A stretch of 64,000 nucleotides of DNA, taken from contig NW_008246109.1 of NCBI RefSeq assembly GCF_000281045.1, positions 201,491 through 265,490 on the forward strand. The letters run 5' to 3'. The notes beneath the pieces are model-generated. The model did not search any database and was not told the origin of the DNA. It was given only the letters and a program-made list of their open reading frames with translations. This DNA is from Saprolegnia diclina VS20 (taxonomy: Eukaryota). The first letter of the stretch is position 1, and each line of letters starts with the position of its first letter. This document shows positions 23,363 through 36,184 of this stretch, in pieces. The translations under genes and the position numbers were made by a program.

Positions 23363-26300
23363 TTACATGATGCCACAGCTCGACGGAATGATGTTGTCAC
23401 TCTCAATGAGGAGGCGCTCGACGCTGGCTTCGTGCACGTAACAGAGCGTCTTTAGCGCCTTCTCGAGCGCCACGACGTACACGTGATCTGACCGGCGGTA
23501 CGAACGCACGCGGCCCTTCCCGAACGGCGTGCCCACCCAGTCGCCAATCACCGCCTTCATCTCGCCGTAGACGTCCTTGGCCTGCACGTAGCCATGGGTC
23601 CCGTCGCGCCACGAGATGACGTGGACGCCGTCGCTCGACCGGACGCCAAAGAGCACGCCAGGACCAAACACCGTGCTCACAGGCAGCCCAATGCGCCCGT
23701 GGACGGGAAAATGGACGCTGGGGTCGGCGTCGCTCGCGACAAACGCACTGCCGTCGTCGTCCAGTTGCACAGAGTCGGACGCGCGCGCGAGCTTGAACGC
23801 GTCCTTGCGGGCGTCGGTCGTCGGCGCCTCGACGTCCGGCACCGGCTCCGACTCGTAGTACCGCCGGAAAAACGTCAGCGTATCGATAAGGCTGTACTTG
23901 CGCGTGTTGACTTCACGCTCCGTGAGCGACGGCGTCTGAACAAACGCGTTGACACCACTTAGCGCCGGATCGCTCAACGTGATGCGGAGCACATGGTCGC
24001 TGTGATGCGAGATGACACGTCCAGGGCCAAACGGCGTCTCGACCGGTGCGTCGGCCTTGAGGTCCAAGGTCGGGGGCTCGAGGCTCGGCGCCGCATTCGT
24101 CGAGAGCGCAGGCGACGCCTTGGGCTTGACAAAAGTCGAGAAGCGGTCAAAGAGGCCGATGCTGGACGACGGCGCCTTGGGCTCAGGCGTCTTGATGACG
24201 TCCGACGCCTGAAAGTAGCCAATCACGCCGTGGGCAAAGCGCAGCTCGTACGTCGCGTCACGAGACCGGTACCGCAGCACGGTCGCATGTCCAAACCAAG
24301 TGGTGACGGCCGTGTGCTTGGGCAAGACCGGCTTGTCCTTGGTCGTATTTGAGCTTGAAAACGAGAGCAGCGAAAAGAGACCGGACGACCGCGGCGGCGC
24401 CGAGAGGACGAGCGAGAGCGCGTCTTCTTGCACCGACACGACCGTGTCTCGGAGTGATGACGCGTCCAACCGCACCGAGTAGACGTGGTGCGGCAACGCC
24501 GTTAGCACAACCGCCTGGCCAAACGGCGTGTGCACGCGCGCGCCCTTGGGGAAGCGCGGGGGCGGCGACGGCGGCTGCTTGGTGCCAAACTGGCGCTGAA
24601 ATGCCTTGGTGAAAAACTCGAGCGACGAGCGGACAAACCCGGTCGCGGGCAGCGGCGGCTCGACGTCCGAGATCTGCGAGATCGTCGACGGGTGGCAATA
24701 AGCGTGGGCGACGCCGTGCTTGAAGAGATGGACCTCGTAGATCTCGTCGGGCCGGTACCGGACCACGCGCCCAGGCCCAAACGTCGTCTGCACCGACGTA
24801 TCCGGGGGAAAGACCCCTTGCAATAGCAAGAGCGGGTCCATGACCGTCACAAAGTTTGTCTTGACATACGCAAGGGGGTTCCCGCTCGGGTTGCTGGGCT
24901 TGGCGGCCGACGACGAAAAGTCGTTGTGGCCTTTCGTAACTTTGGTTGTCGAGAGCGACGCCTCCGGGAGGTACACGCGCGCCGTGTCCTTCGTCTTGAG
25001 CCACCACTCGGTCAAATTGAGCGTGTATATGCCCGTGATGCCGTCGTACGCAAGGATCGAGCCCTTGCCAAACGGCGTGTAGAGCACCGTGTTGAGGCCA
25101 AAGCGTTGGGGCTTCTCGACCAACGGCACGTGCGGAGCGCCAAGGAGCTCGTTGGCGAGCGAGAGGTCATAGTTGATCTTCTCGCGCTGCGCGTCCCGGG
25201 CCGCCGACGTCTTGAACGCAATCGCAATGAAGCCGGCGCGGGCGTCGTCGCAGATTTGCCGGAGCCCGCCGGTCGAGATCTGCTGGAGGCGGCACGCGTG
25301 GACGGCCGCGCCGACGTACGTGTCGAAGAAGATGATGTTGAGCTTCTTGTACGTGGCCTTGTCGACAAACCCAAACGTGCGCTCGATGGGCTGCACCAAG
25401 TGAAAGTACGCGGCCTCGAGCACGGACGGGCCAAACTTCTCGGCAATGAGCTGCGCCGCGCGCACGTCGCCTTGGCCATTGTCGCCGATAAAGACGTGCT
25501 TGTACTCGGGGTAGATCGAGTAGTACTCGCAAAAGTTCTCAAACTTCTTCTGGGCCATGGGCTCGAGGTCGCCCTTGACCATGAAATCGTACCCGGACGT
25601 CATCGAGCCCGCGAGCATCGACGGCAGCGTGTGCATGCCGTAGTGGTCGTAGAAGCCCTTGAACTTCTCGTACGACTTCTTCTCCGACACGTCCTTATAC
25701 ACGTGCGGCCGCGCTGAGAGGAACGCGAGGTTGCCGACGCGGCCTTGCTCCCAGTGCACCGGGCCGCTCTGCCCGAGGTCGAGCTGCCGGTAGAACGCGA
25801 GGACCCCGGGGTACATGGCGTGGCGCGGGTACCGCGTGTCCATGCCGGCGGGGAAGAAGCCGCCGGACGAGTAGAGCGTGTCGTCGACGTCGCTGAGCAC
25901 CTTGCGCCATGCGTGCTGCTTGCGCTTCGTCGCGATGTTCTTGGTGCTGAGCGTCATGTGCGCGCGCTGGATGTTGGCCTCCTTCTTGATGTGGTTGAGG
26001 ATCGCGGTGCGAATGGCCACGTCGCGGATGTCGTGGTAGATGAGCTTGTGCATGCTGTGGACGCTGCCCTTGGAGTCCGTTGTCGACTTGAGCTACAATA
26101 TCACGAATCCTGAGAGAGGGACGAGACGAGGAGTGGCGTACGATCGAGAGGTCGTCGCCAAAGGTCCGCGTGATGATGTTGCGGACGAATCGCTCGCACT
26201 TATCGTGGGCGCTGATGCGCATGAGCATGAGCGCGTCGAGAACTATGGCGCGCGACTGGATCGAGAGGTCGACGAGGCGGCTGTCGCAGAGGAGCTGGAG

Positions 26301-26996
26301 CAAGAGCGTGCGGTTGGCGTCCTTGACCTTGTAAAAGAGCAGCGCGAGCGGAATGCGGCCGAGGATATAATTTAGTTCGTCCTTCTCGGCGCGTTCGAGG
26401 ATCGTGTACGTCTTATACTCCTACGGATTTGCGCATGAGAGACGTCGTAGCGAGAGGCAGTGGCGTACCTGCTCCTTGACGTGCTCCATGTTGATCATGT
26501 TGTTGATCGTCGAGGGTAAATAAATACGGTCAATCATCTCGATGCAGTGCATGATGATGTCGACCTTGGCCTGCGCGGGCGAGACGTTGACGCGCAAGAG
26601 CGGCGGGGCGCTGAGGCGGCTCGGCTGCGAGAGCGCTTTTCGGTGCACGTGGCGGTCGAGGAACTGGACGCCGAGCGTGAACGCAATGACGACGACGCCA
26701 CCAAGCGATGGACTCCAGCGGCCAATCGAGAACGGCGAGTCCTGGATGTAGACGAGCGCGGTGCTAAAGAGGAAGGCCATGACGGTCCAGAACCGGTTCT
26801 CAAACTCTTGTGCGTTGTGCCATGCCCATTTCGACTCGGTGCTGAGGTAGAGCCCAATGACGTAGAGGAAGCCGACGCACGACGCGCAGAGCACGGGCGC
26901 GTACGCAAAGAAGGCGAGGAAGACAAACGCCCAGAACATGGTCAGCAGGAGCATGAGCACGAGCACGATCGGGCCCATGTTGGCCTGGTTGCGCAT
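23363..26996 (-). CDS. Membrane-anchored App1-like (HAD) phosphatase with seven C-terminal TPFG repeats, 2 introns
   Basis: N-terminal TM helices. HAD motifs SDVDDT, FLSARP, K, FIGDNGQGD. Repeats of V.T(P/x)FG.G.V...Y.V.L. Start position is approximate. Confidence 0.8.
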
Positions 26997-28053
26997 GGCT
27001 CGAACGGTCGGGTATGTGAAGAGGCTGCTGTAAGGAGAGGATGCAGCGTCGAGGCTCGGTGCGCCGGCAGATGGCGGCGAAGGCGACGGCGACGGGGACA
27101 AGCAGCAGCGTCGCTGGACTGCGACGTGCTGGAAAGGATCAAAACTGCAAACCACGTTTGGAGGCGTTTTTATTAATAAATCCACCCCATGGACGTGGGA
27201 TCTGCATTTTTATAGCCAGGCCAAGTGTTTTCAACCACACCTGTTTTTTACGGTATACAAACACTCTGTCCAAACACACCTTTTGGTTTAAAACACCAAG
27301 GGAAATAAAATGCCAGAATCTCCATTTTTATTCGCTGGCAAGATCACTTGGCGTTTGTATACCCCTCGAGTCCACGAGATATGCGCGATGGCCTTCGGAT
27401 AGGGTTGAATCTGCTTGCATTTTAACCAATGAGCGCGCACCTCTTGCGTTGCGATACCGATACAGCCATGTGTTGTGACAGGGTATGCATTCTCACAGGT
27501 CTGAGACGATACGACGCAAGCACGCGCTCGGTGGCGCCATGCCAGTTGGGCCAAGATATCAGATGTGAGAGGGGCGGGCCGCCATGCGGCCGCTGATGTC
27601 ACGGCGCGCCGCGGGATGATGAAGCGGGAAGAGCCAGCGTGTTGATGTCAACAGGTGGAGGCTGTTGATGCAACAGTACGGACGCCCGAGCCGACCACGC
27701 GGTTGCGAAAAGCCGCCATTTCGTGCACAGCTGCGTGCGCCATTGGCCCAGCGAAGGTCGCGCTGGACGAACGGCCATGAAGGCTTCAGGGCGCCGCACA
27801 TGGCGCAGAGAACCTTCGCGCCGAACGTTCCGCGCCCGTCACCCAAGTCGCGGCCATGACGTGGAGGCCCGGGTTTGTCGACGTTGCAACGGCCGACTCG
27901 CTGTTGCCACTTGAAGCTGCGGTGATGACGCAGGCGATTTGCACGCCACGCAATCTGTCGTGTCCTCGCGCGTCCCCTCCAATCTTCTTTGTTTCGAGTT
28001 ATCCAAATGCTACGCAGTGCGTCGACACGCACGGGTGGGCGACACGTCACTGG

Positions 28054-30584
28054 CTACACGCCGAGCTCGTCGACAAACCGCGTGCTCGTCGGTGTCTTGC
28101 CCACAATCGAGGTAAGCATCGCAAGCGGCTCTTTGGCGCCGCCGTGGCGAAAGAGCTCGTCGTACACGAGCCGGCCCGATGCGGGTCGCCACGGGTCCTC
28201 AGCAAAGCACGCGCCCCAGATCTCGGCCGCAAAGACACGGGCGTAGAGATAGCTGTAGTAGCCGGCGCCGTACCCCACCTAGTCCAATGCCGACTCAGAA
28301 CGTAGTCGCTTGATCTGTACCAACCAAATGCCCAAAGCGCGTGTGCCAGTGCGTGCCATCGACGTATGGCACGAGCGTCGCCTTGTTCTGGAGCTCTTTC
28401 AGCGCCTGCGTCGTCGTTGGCGGCGAGAACGGCAGCGGTTGGTCCCGAAACAGCGTCAGATCCAAGAGCGAGTAGAGACATTGCGTCTGTTGCGGTCGTG
28501 AGCAACCGAGGCGTCACGCGATCACATTGGTACCTGCGTCTCCATCGCGCTAAACATGTGCTTGGACGCCTTGAGGTTGGCGAGCATCGACGCCGGAATC
28601 GGGTGGTGCGTCTCGTAGTGCTTGGCAAATCGTTGGACGACGCGCTCGTCCCACGCAAAGTACTCGAACAAGTGGCTCGGCGTTTCGACAAAGTCGAGCT
28701 GCCCACGCGTGCCGCTGAGATGCTGGAACTCGGTGCGGCTCAAGAGCGAGTGCAGCGCGTGGCCAAACTCGTGGAAGAGCGTCTCGACCTCGCCGTGCCT
28801 ACGGTATGCGCTTTCCTTTGTGCTCCAAGACACGAGAGGGGTACGTGAGGAGCGACGGCGTCGAAGCACTCGGCGGGCTAAAGTTGCAGACAAGCGCGAC
28901 GATCGGCGTCTGGTACGACCCGTCCTCGAGGCGCTTGCCGCACCGAACGGTAAAGTGGGCGGCGTGATGGTACTTGTGCTGTCGCGGGAAGAGGTCCAGG
29001 TAGAGGACACCGAGGTCGACGCCGTCTTTCGTCAGTCGGAGCTTGCGCACGTCGTCGTGCCAGCTCTCGGGCGCCGACGAATCTTCTGGCGTCATGTCGA
29101 CACCAAAGAGCTCGCTGCAGAGGAGCCCTAAACCCTCGAGGCAGCGCTCGAGCGGAAAGTACGATGCAATCACGCGCGCGTCGAGGTCGAACGCCTGCGC
29201 CTTGAGCATGCCCATGTAGTACGGCGTGTCCCAGCTCTCGAGCGGCAATGGCGCTGGAAAGAAGCCCTTGCCCTCCGCTTTGGTCTTGGCGGCAACAAGC
29301 AGCGCACGCTCCGAGGCCGCCTAGCGTCGCAATGAGGAAGATGAGACTGGTGAGGAGAGTGCGAAAAAATACCTTGGTCATGAGGTTGGAAGCAATGTCA
29401 CGGAGGAAGGCGTCGACGCGGGACGGCGACCCGACCATCTTGTCGCTACCATCTATGTCTTATCAACGAGCCGGCGACGCTGAGGACTCTACCTCGTGGC
29501 GAGATGCGCATACGTCGGGAAGCCGAGCAGCGTTGCAAGTGCATGGCGCGCCGCAATTAGGTCGTCCAAGACCTAGACGCTCCATGGTCGAGGAGTCGAG
29601 GACGAAGCCTCTACCTGCAGGTTGACGCTGGCGCACGCGTTGCCAGCAATGTACATTTGCTTGCGCACATGTGCGTCTGGAATCCACTTGAGAATGCTGT
29701 TGGTCATCGGCACGGTCGTCGGGATCGCCGTCGTGCCGTTGGCGCTGGCGTGGCACTGCCCAAGGAGCCCATTCGGCAGCATCCGCAGCGCCTTGGTCGG
29801 GACCTGCGGTCGTCATTTTGATGAGCTTCTTCTGTGATCCTCAAGAGAGACTACGACGTACCTCGATGAACGAGTGCACGGAATGCATGTTGTCCTGGAA
29901 CTGCATGCTCAAGCTGGTACAGAAGACATGTGAGGTGAGCGGGAGGGAGGGATCGACGCTACCGTGTAATGGCATTTTGCAGCTCCATGACGCGGCGCCG
30001 CCCCGCGTCGTCGAGGTGGATGCCATCGCGCTCAAACTCGGCCCGCAAAAGCATCCCCACGCGCTGCTGCTCCTCTGCAAGTCCATCGTCGTACAGCATG
30101 ACATTGAATGCGATCTACCTGTAAAGCCGGCCATGAGGCTGCGGTTGTCCGTGACGGCGCGAAGGCAGTTGTACATGTCGACGTCGGCGTTGAGCTCCTG
30201 GATGAACGACGAGAGGTACTGGAATGACGCCGATGCGGCGGCGCGGAAGCGGCTACGAGAAGTGCCCATGAGGCGAGAGAGCATGCAAAGCTAGTACGCG
30301 TCCGGATGCACGTTGCGGCAGAGCTCGGCCGCGTCGATGACCCCACACACTGCGTTAGAGATCGCATCGAGGTCCTGGATCGTGCGGAGGCTCGGCGGGC
30401 GCGACGTGAGGTCGGCCTTGAGGCGGTTGCACGTCTCGACGGCGTCGCGGCCGAGCCGGTCAAAGTCGCTCGGTTGCACAAGTCCTTGGAGGCCAAAGAG
30501 TCCTGTGGGCGACCGGCGACCTCGGGGCGCAAGGTGCGAGAGCCACGAGAGGCGGCGCACGCCACCGACCGCGGTGCGCAGCAT
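28054..30584 (-). CDS. MIPEP: Mitochondrial intermediate peptidase (M3 family), many introns
   Basis: Presequence, TGLFG, LDAISNAVCGVIDAAELCRNVHP, LFHEFGHALHSLL, DFVETPSHLFE, GYGAGYYSYL. Confidence 0.93.
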
Positions 30585-30935
30585 GATGGCGATCGAGTGG
30601 CAAATCCAAAATCATGTGTTTAGTTAGTACATACTTTAGTCGATTTCGGGCGACTCGACTCTCGCGAGAACGACGTTGTTGAAAAACAGAGAGCGGAGCT
30701 GGTGTTGTCGTTGGTGCTTGGACAGCTCTTACGACTTTACTTGTTCGAGCTGCCGGTACCGCCGACGGCTGCAGTGTGTCAAGCGAGCGCACGGCCTGCC
30801 CCTTCTGGAGGACACCTCTGGAGCACACTGTGAGGCCTATGCTGGCCTACATTCAGTCGAGCAAGCTGCAACGCCAGTCTGTAGTACAGAAGGGCGGTCT
30901 TGCTACGCACGCCGCCGTAGCTTTGAATCAGAAAG

Positions 30936-31010
30936 TGGTGCACTCTCCGGGACTTGAACCCGGATCTACCTGGTGGTAAACCAGTGTCTAAACCGCTAGA
31001 CTAAAAGAAG
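30936..31010 (-). pseudogene. Degenerate tRNA-like sequence
   Basis: A box (TAGTCTAGCGG), intact D stem and perfect T arm (CCGGG TTCAAGT CCCGG). The acceptor stem is mismatched and the anticodon arm is short. Confidence 0.7.
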
Positions 31011-31267
31011 TCGACAAGAACACCCCTTCTTGACTCTTTGGATCCAGCGACGCCAAACTGCTCGCAGATCTTGCCACGTAGTAAGAAACAATCTGTGTAC
31101 GCTACAGCACTTGTAGCTGTTTCTTACATCGACATACTTTTACGATGGTAACGACACTGGAATAAAACATTCTGTGTTTAAAACAGTTTACGAGTCGGCT
31201 TGCAGTCGTGCGACTTTGACCCGGCTGCAACCGACGACATGCTTCAAAGCGGGGAGGTGCGGGCGCT

Positions 31268-32376
31268 CTACATAAAGGTCATGGACGTGCTTTCGGTCCC
31301 GCGCTCGGCCGCGCTGGTGCGCACGTGCTCGACCGGCGACGAAGCGGCTGAGCACGGGGCTGCGAGCAATGTCATGACCTTCTCGTAGCGCTCATGCACG
31401 TCCGCTTGCTTGANNNNNNNNNNNNNNNNNNNNNNNNNNNNNNNNNNNNNNNNNNNNNNNNNNNNNNNNNNNNNNNNNNNNNNNNNNNNNNNNNNNNNNN
31501 NNNNNNNNNNNNNNNNNNNNNNNNNNNNNNNNNNNNNNNNNNNNNNNNNNNNNNNNNNNNNNNNNNNNNNNNNNNNNNNNNNNNNNNNNNNNNNNNNNNN
31601 NNNNNNNNNNNNNNNNNNNNNNNNNNNNNNNNNNNNNNNNNNNNNNNNNNNNNNNNNNNNNNNNNNNNNNNNNNNNNNNNNNNNNNNNNNNNNNNNNNNN
31701 NNNNNNNNNNNNNNNNNNNNNNNNNNNNNNNNNNNNNNNNNNNNNNNNNNNNNNNNNNNNNNNNNNNNNNNNNNNNNNNNNNNNNNNNNNNNNNNNNNNN
31801 NNNNNNNNNNNNNNNNNNNNNNNNNNNNNNNNNNNNNNNNNNNNNNNNNNNNNNNNNNNNNNNNNNNNNNNNNNNNNNNNNNNNNNNNNNNNNNNNNNNN
31901 NNNNNNNNNNNNNNNNNNNNNNNNNNNNNNNNNNNNNNNNNNNNNNNNNNNNNNNNNNNNNNNNNNNNNNNNNNNNNNNNNNNNNNNNNNNNNNNNNNNN
32001 NNNNNNNNNNNNNNNNNNNNNNNNNNNTCGCCGCTGGCGCAGCGCCCGCTCCACCTAGGACAGGGATATATATGAGCTGCCGCTCGTATTCTCGTGGCAT
32101 ACCTGCTTCTCGGCCTCGAGAAAGACCTCGTCGCGGTTGTTGGCTTGAAACGTCGGGTGTTGTAGATCTCGACGTCGTCGTTGGTCGCTGCTGCTTGGGT
32201 CGGATCACCGACGTCGTCATGCTGCTTGCGACTTTGACGTCCTTGGTGATCCGGCTGTCGTCTTCTTCGTCGCACGCATGGTCGTTGTCGTCGCTTCCGT
32301 CGCTTCAGTCGCTGCGTTCTTCACGGTAGTCGGCGCTGGCCTGGCGGCAGCTCTTTTGGCTTGCCTTCTGATCCAT
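31268..32376 (-). pseudogene. Possible interrupted low-complexity gene spanning the gap
   Basis: ATG at 32376 opens an acidic frame with an in-frame TGA at 32305-32307 that continues open into the gap. A coding-like frame resumes left of the gap. Confidence 0.3.
31414..32027. other. Assembly gap (614 N)
   Basis: Run of N. Confidence 1.
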
Positions 32377-33872
32377 CTCGAATTGAGAAGTGTGCAAACC
32401 GTTCGGACCTGCGGCCTTATAAAGATGAAGTCTGGTCGGACGCACGCCAGGTTCTCGCGTGTTGGCCTTTCTGCGCCAAGTACAGTACTGGCTTCTCCAT
32501 CAGCTGCACAGCTGCACTCTACTTCGTCTCTACATTGTAAGCTTACTACTGTACTGCCTTAGTACGCTGCACCATTTTGGTCCCAGCAGCAGCTCTGGGG
32601 AGCTGTGTTGCCTGATATCCTGTCATAATGCATAGATTCGCAAATCCGTCAAATCCAATGATCCGCCAACATCGTCACGCATGTCGACGGTAGAGCTGGG
32701 CGCTCAAGCGCCGCAGCGAAGCTCCTCGATGCTGGTGCGCTGCAGTGTGATTTCATACGCTTGCATCGACGCCCACGACGCGCTCGAATGTGAGCAACTG
32801 TTGCAACTGGTTCTATCTAGGTACAGCTTTCGATTCAAAAAGCCAAGCTGGCGTCATTCCTGCATTCTCGAGCACAATGAACAACGTCTTGCATCCGGGT
32901 CTGCACATTCCCATGTAAAGCTGGGCCTCGGCCGTACGCTTTGTAGAGAACGAGCTCGCGGAGATCCCGATGCAGGGCAAGCTTGTCCTGTACGAGCGAC
33001 GGCCATGCAGCAGTTCCGAGATGAACGAGCTCGGGACCTCTTCGATGCAGCTCTTGGCTTCCTTGTCTTGGCCACGGACAAAACGCCGGCCGACCGCGTG
33101 CTTGATGACCAAGACCGCCAGTCAAACTGGCACGGCACGGGTGTGGTGTGGTACGGCCGCGACGAAGGTCGTACGTTCTACGCACAGATGCAGCGTCGGC
33201 GCCATTATATGTGAAGCGCAAGTCCGAGAAGCGACCGCGCCACTTTGGTTGGTTAATCACGCATGAATGTTACTTGGTATTATGCGTGTTGATGCAAAAC
33301 AGCAACGCCCACCTTGATACTATTACACAGTGAGAAGCATTGGTGCAGGTCAACGACCCAGCAAGAATGACTGACGAGTAAAGGCAGGAGTGAATATGCC
33401 AAAAGCTCGTCAGCTTACACCAAGGGTGGACCCTTGCTCCCACGCGACTCTGTGCGTTGACACACAAGAGAACACGACGCTGCTAACTAGTACGCCAATG
33501 CGTACCTGCGATCTTTGTTTCAATGACGACAACAACCCCGTACTGCACTTGACATGGAACCCATCGCTTCGCGCTGCCACGTTTTATCTTGTTTTTTGTA
33601 TGTCATAAGTTAAGAGAGATAAATAAGAACGACCAATAAGATGTGCTGGTGATCGCTGAGGCTTTTTGTCTCTTGCGTCCGCTTTCAAGCAGCGACGTGT
33701 ATTACACCCACTTGTACTAAGGATTGATACATTGATAGGTAGACACTTACTTGGTAAAAGGTTCCTGTTTAACGAGGTTAGCTCTGATTCTTTAGTTAGA
33801 AGCAGCGGACAACACCACTGAATAACATTATCGTTTACTAGTATGCAACTGCAGGGGCTCAAACGGGTGACA

Positions 33873-34138
33873 TCCTCGCGCGTCCCCTCCAATCTTCTTT
33901 GTTTCGAGTTATCCAAATGCTACGCACTGCGTCGACACGCAAGGGTGGGCGACACGTCACTGGCTACACGCCGAGCTCGTCGACAAACCGCGTGCTCGTC
34001 GGCGTCTTGCCCACAATCGAGGTAAGAATCGCAAGCGGCTCTTTGGCGCCGCCGTGGCCAAAGAGCTCGTCCTACACGAGCCGGCCCGATGCGGGTCGCC
34101 ACGGGTCCTCGGCAAAGCACGCGCCCCAGATCTCGGCC
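33873..34138 (-). repeat. 266-bp direct duplicate of the MIPEP last-exon part and 3' flank (27963-28228)
   Basis: Ungapped match at offset 5910, with 7 substitutions counted by eye. Confidence 0.95.
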
Positions 34139-34777
34139 ATTTCAAAGCCTGAAAAGCGCGCCACCTTCGTCGCCTCGTGAGCTCTGCGTTTGGCTTTGCG
34201 CAGCGCACAACGAGGTGTGTACTCGGTCATACACGTCGACGCTGAGCGGATATGACTGAGGAAGCTACGACGATCGCCAACGAGCGTGCGAGGCCCGGTG
34301 TCAACATAGAAAGACTGCTACAGTTGACGATGGCCGTGACGGCGACGGTGGCTAGCGACACGCGCCGCAGCGTTCTCGAAGCAGCTCCTGTGGGTAGACA
34401 ATATGCGTAGTCGTCGCGGCGTCCGTTAGCTACGAGTTGCGTTTGGCGGCGTCTCTGGAACTACTGCCAAATGGAGGGATTGGGCCAACGATGAACACGT
34501 GCGATGCCATGGCGGTGGGGGACGCGGTCGCATCCGGACTGCAAGGTCGGCAGCGCGATCATGACGAGCGACTGCGTCAAGTTGACATGAGAAGGTTTCC
34601 GTCGTGAGCCTGCGCGGGACAGGGAAGCAAAGATGCGCCAGTTTCCTTGCTAAAAGGACCTTCCTCGAGCGCCACTCTGGCAGCTGGCATTTGTGCGCCT
34701 CTGCAAACGTCAACGCCAGAGCAAAGACAGATTCCTTTGTCATACTACGTAGTACAGTAGTACAGAGACAAGCGAGG

Positions 34778-35702
34778 CTATTTCGTCGTCGATCGTTGCT
34801 GGCGGCGCCGCCAATGGAAGAGGAAGCTTCGCGCGTAGCGCAGCGACCGCGACGTCATTGGTAGCGCGTCGAGTCCGCCAGCGACAAAGAGGTCCGACAC
34901 CATCGTGTACGTGAGGCCCCAGAGCACAAAGTTGTTGGCTTGGCGCGGCGCCGTCGCGTCAACGACATCATTCTCCTCTTTCGGTCGCGGTAGGTAAATG
35001 CACGGAAACCCAATCGCGCTGAGAATGGTGCTTTTCTGAAGGCGGGCCTACGCTCCGTTCTTTGTCGATGCAAAAATACACGCCTCTCGTACCAGAAGCG
35101 ACGGATACGTTGTGAGCCATGGAAAGATCATGTCGACGGGAATCTCGAGCGACTGGATCGGCGCAGAAGCGAGGTACGCGACGTCGACCCAGACCGCGTC
35201 GGCGACTTCGGACGGCTCGAGCGTCATCTTGAACGGCGTTTGTCCATCATGCTGAAACACTATTCGCTCGTGTTAGCGCGTCAAGTCGCTGGTGATGGAG
35301 AAGATTGTACCAAAGGAGGCGACGACGGTCGTGCCATAGTGCACGGGGCGGTCGTGGAGCTGGCCCACGAGGCGAAACCCGCGGTCGAGATCGAGGCCAA
35401 TCTCTTCGCGCGTCTCGCGGATCGCGCTCTCGACGTCTGTCTCGCTCGGCTGCGTGCGGCCGCCTGGAAACGCAATGTGGCCGCTCCACGTATCGTTGGG
35501 GTTGACGCAGCGCCGGATGAAGAGGAGCTGGAGGCGCGGGTCAGGCCCAGGCGCGTGGCGGAAGAGCGCAGCGACGCTCGCTCGCTACTGCAAGCTTAGC
35601 CTCTCCGAAGAAGAGTGATGGTACCTTGCGTGACGCGAGGTGTGTCGGCGAAAGCGCCTGCAGCGTCGCTTGCAGTCGCGGGAAGAACGCCGCGACGTGC
35701 AT
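34778..35702 (-). CDS. Nudix hydrolase, CoA-pyrophosphatase-like, 3 introns
   Basis: MHVAAFF...SRK|RASVAALF, WSGHIAFPGGRTQPSETDVESAIRETREEIGL (Nudix box), SEVADAVWV, LWGLT. Confidence 0.88.
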
Positions 35703-36184
35703 CACGGAATGGGCATCCGGATGATTTCGTCAAGCAACCGGATTAGCTTTCCTCGCAAGCTCGCCAGGGTCTGTGTTGAAGCTGTTGATAGTCTTGGTGT
35801 AGCGGTGCCAACTGTAGCTCGCCGCTGATGACTCAGCAGTGTGGCGCCTCCGTCGTGGGGGGCTTGCACGCTGGCCGCCGTCATCGGCCGAGTTTGTCTT
35901 CTGCCTTGCATTTTGCAGGACTAGTAGCCCGCAGTCTTGGCGCGGCGTCAGCGCATCAGCTCTCGCACCATATGCCTTGTCATTTGACGCCCAAAAGACT
36001 CCATTCCGTATCGCCGATGCAGCGACATGGCCGGCGAATCGCCGGCCAGTCATCGTCGATCTCTGCGGGACGATCGCCGCCGGCGATAGAGATCGACGAT
36101 GACTTGATTAGGTGCGCTTTCGCGGCCATGGGTGCTCTTTTAGAAGAAGGCACCTGAAACCGATCAAGCGCACCCACATCTCGA

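Noticed and set aside
31268..32329. Long ORFs crossing the N run
   Set aside because: Their length is an artefact of the undetermined bases.
32640..33380. Short coding-like ORFs (also 48670-49110 and 52500-53400)
   Set aside because: No consistent frame, splice structure or motif; cannot be assigned without a search.
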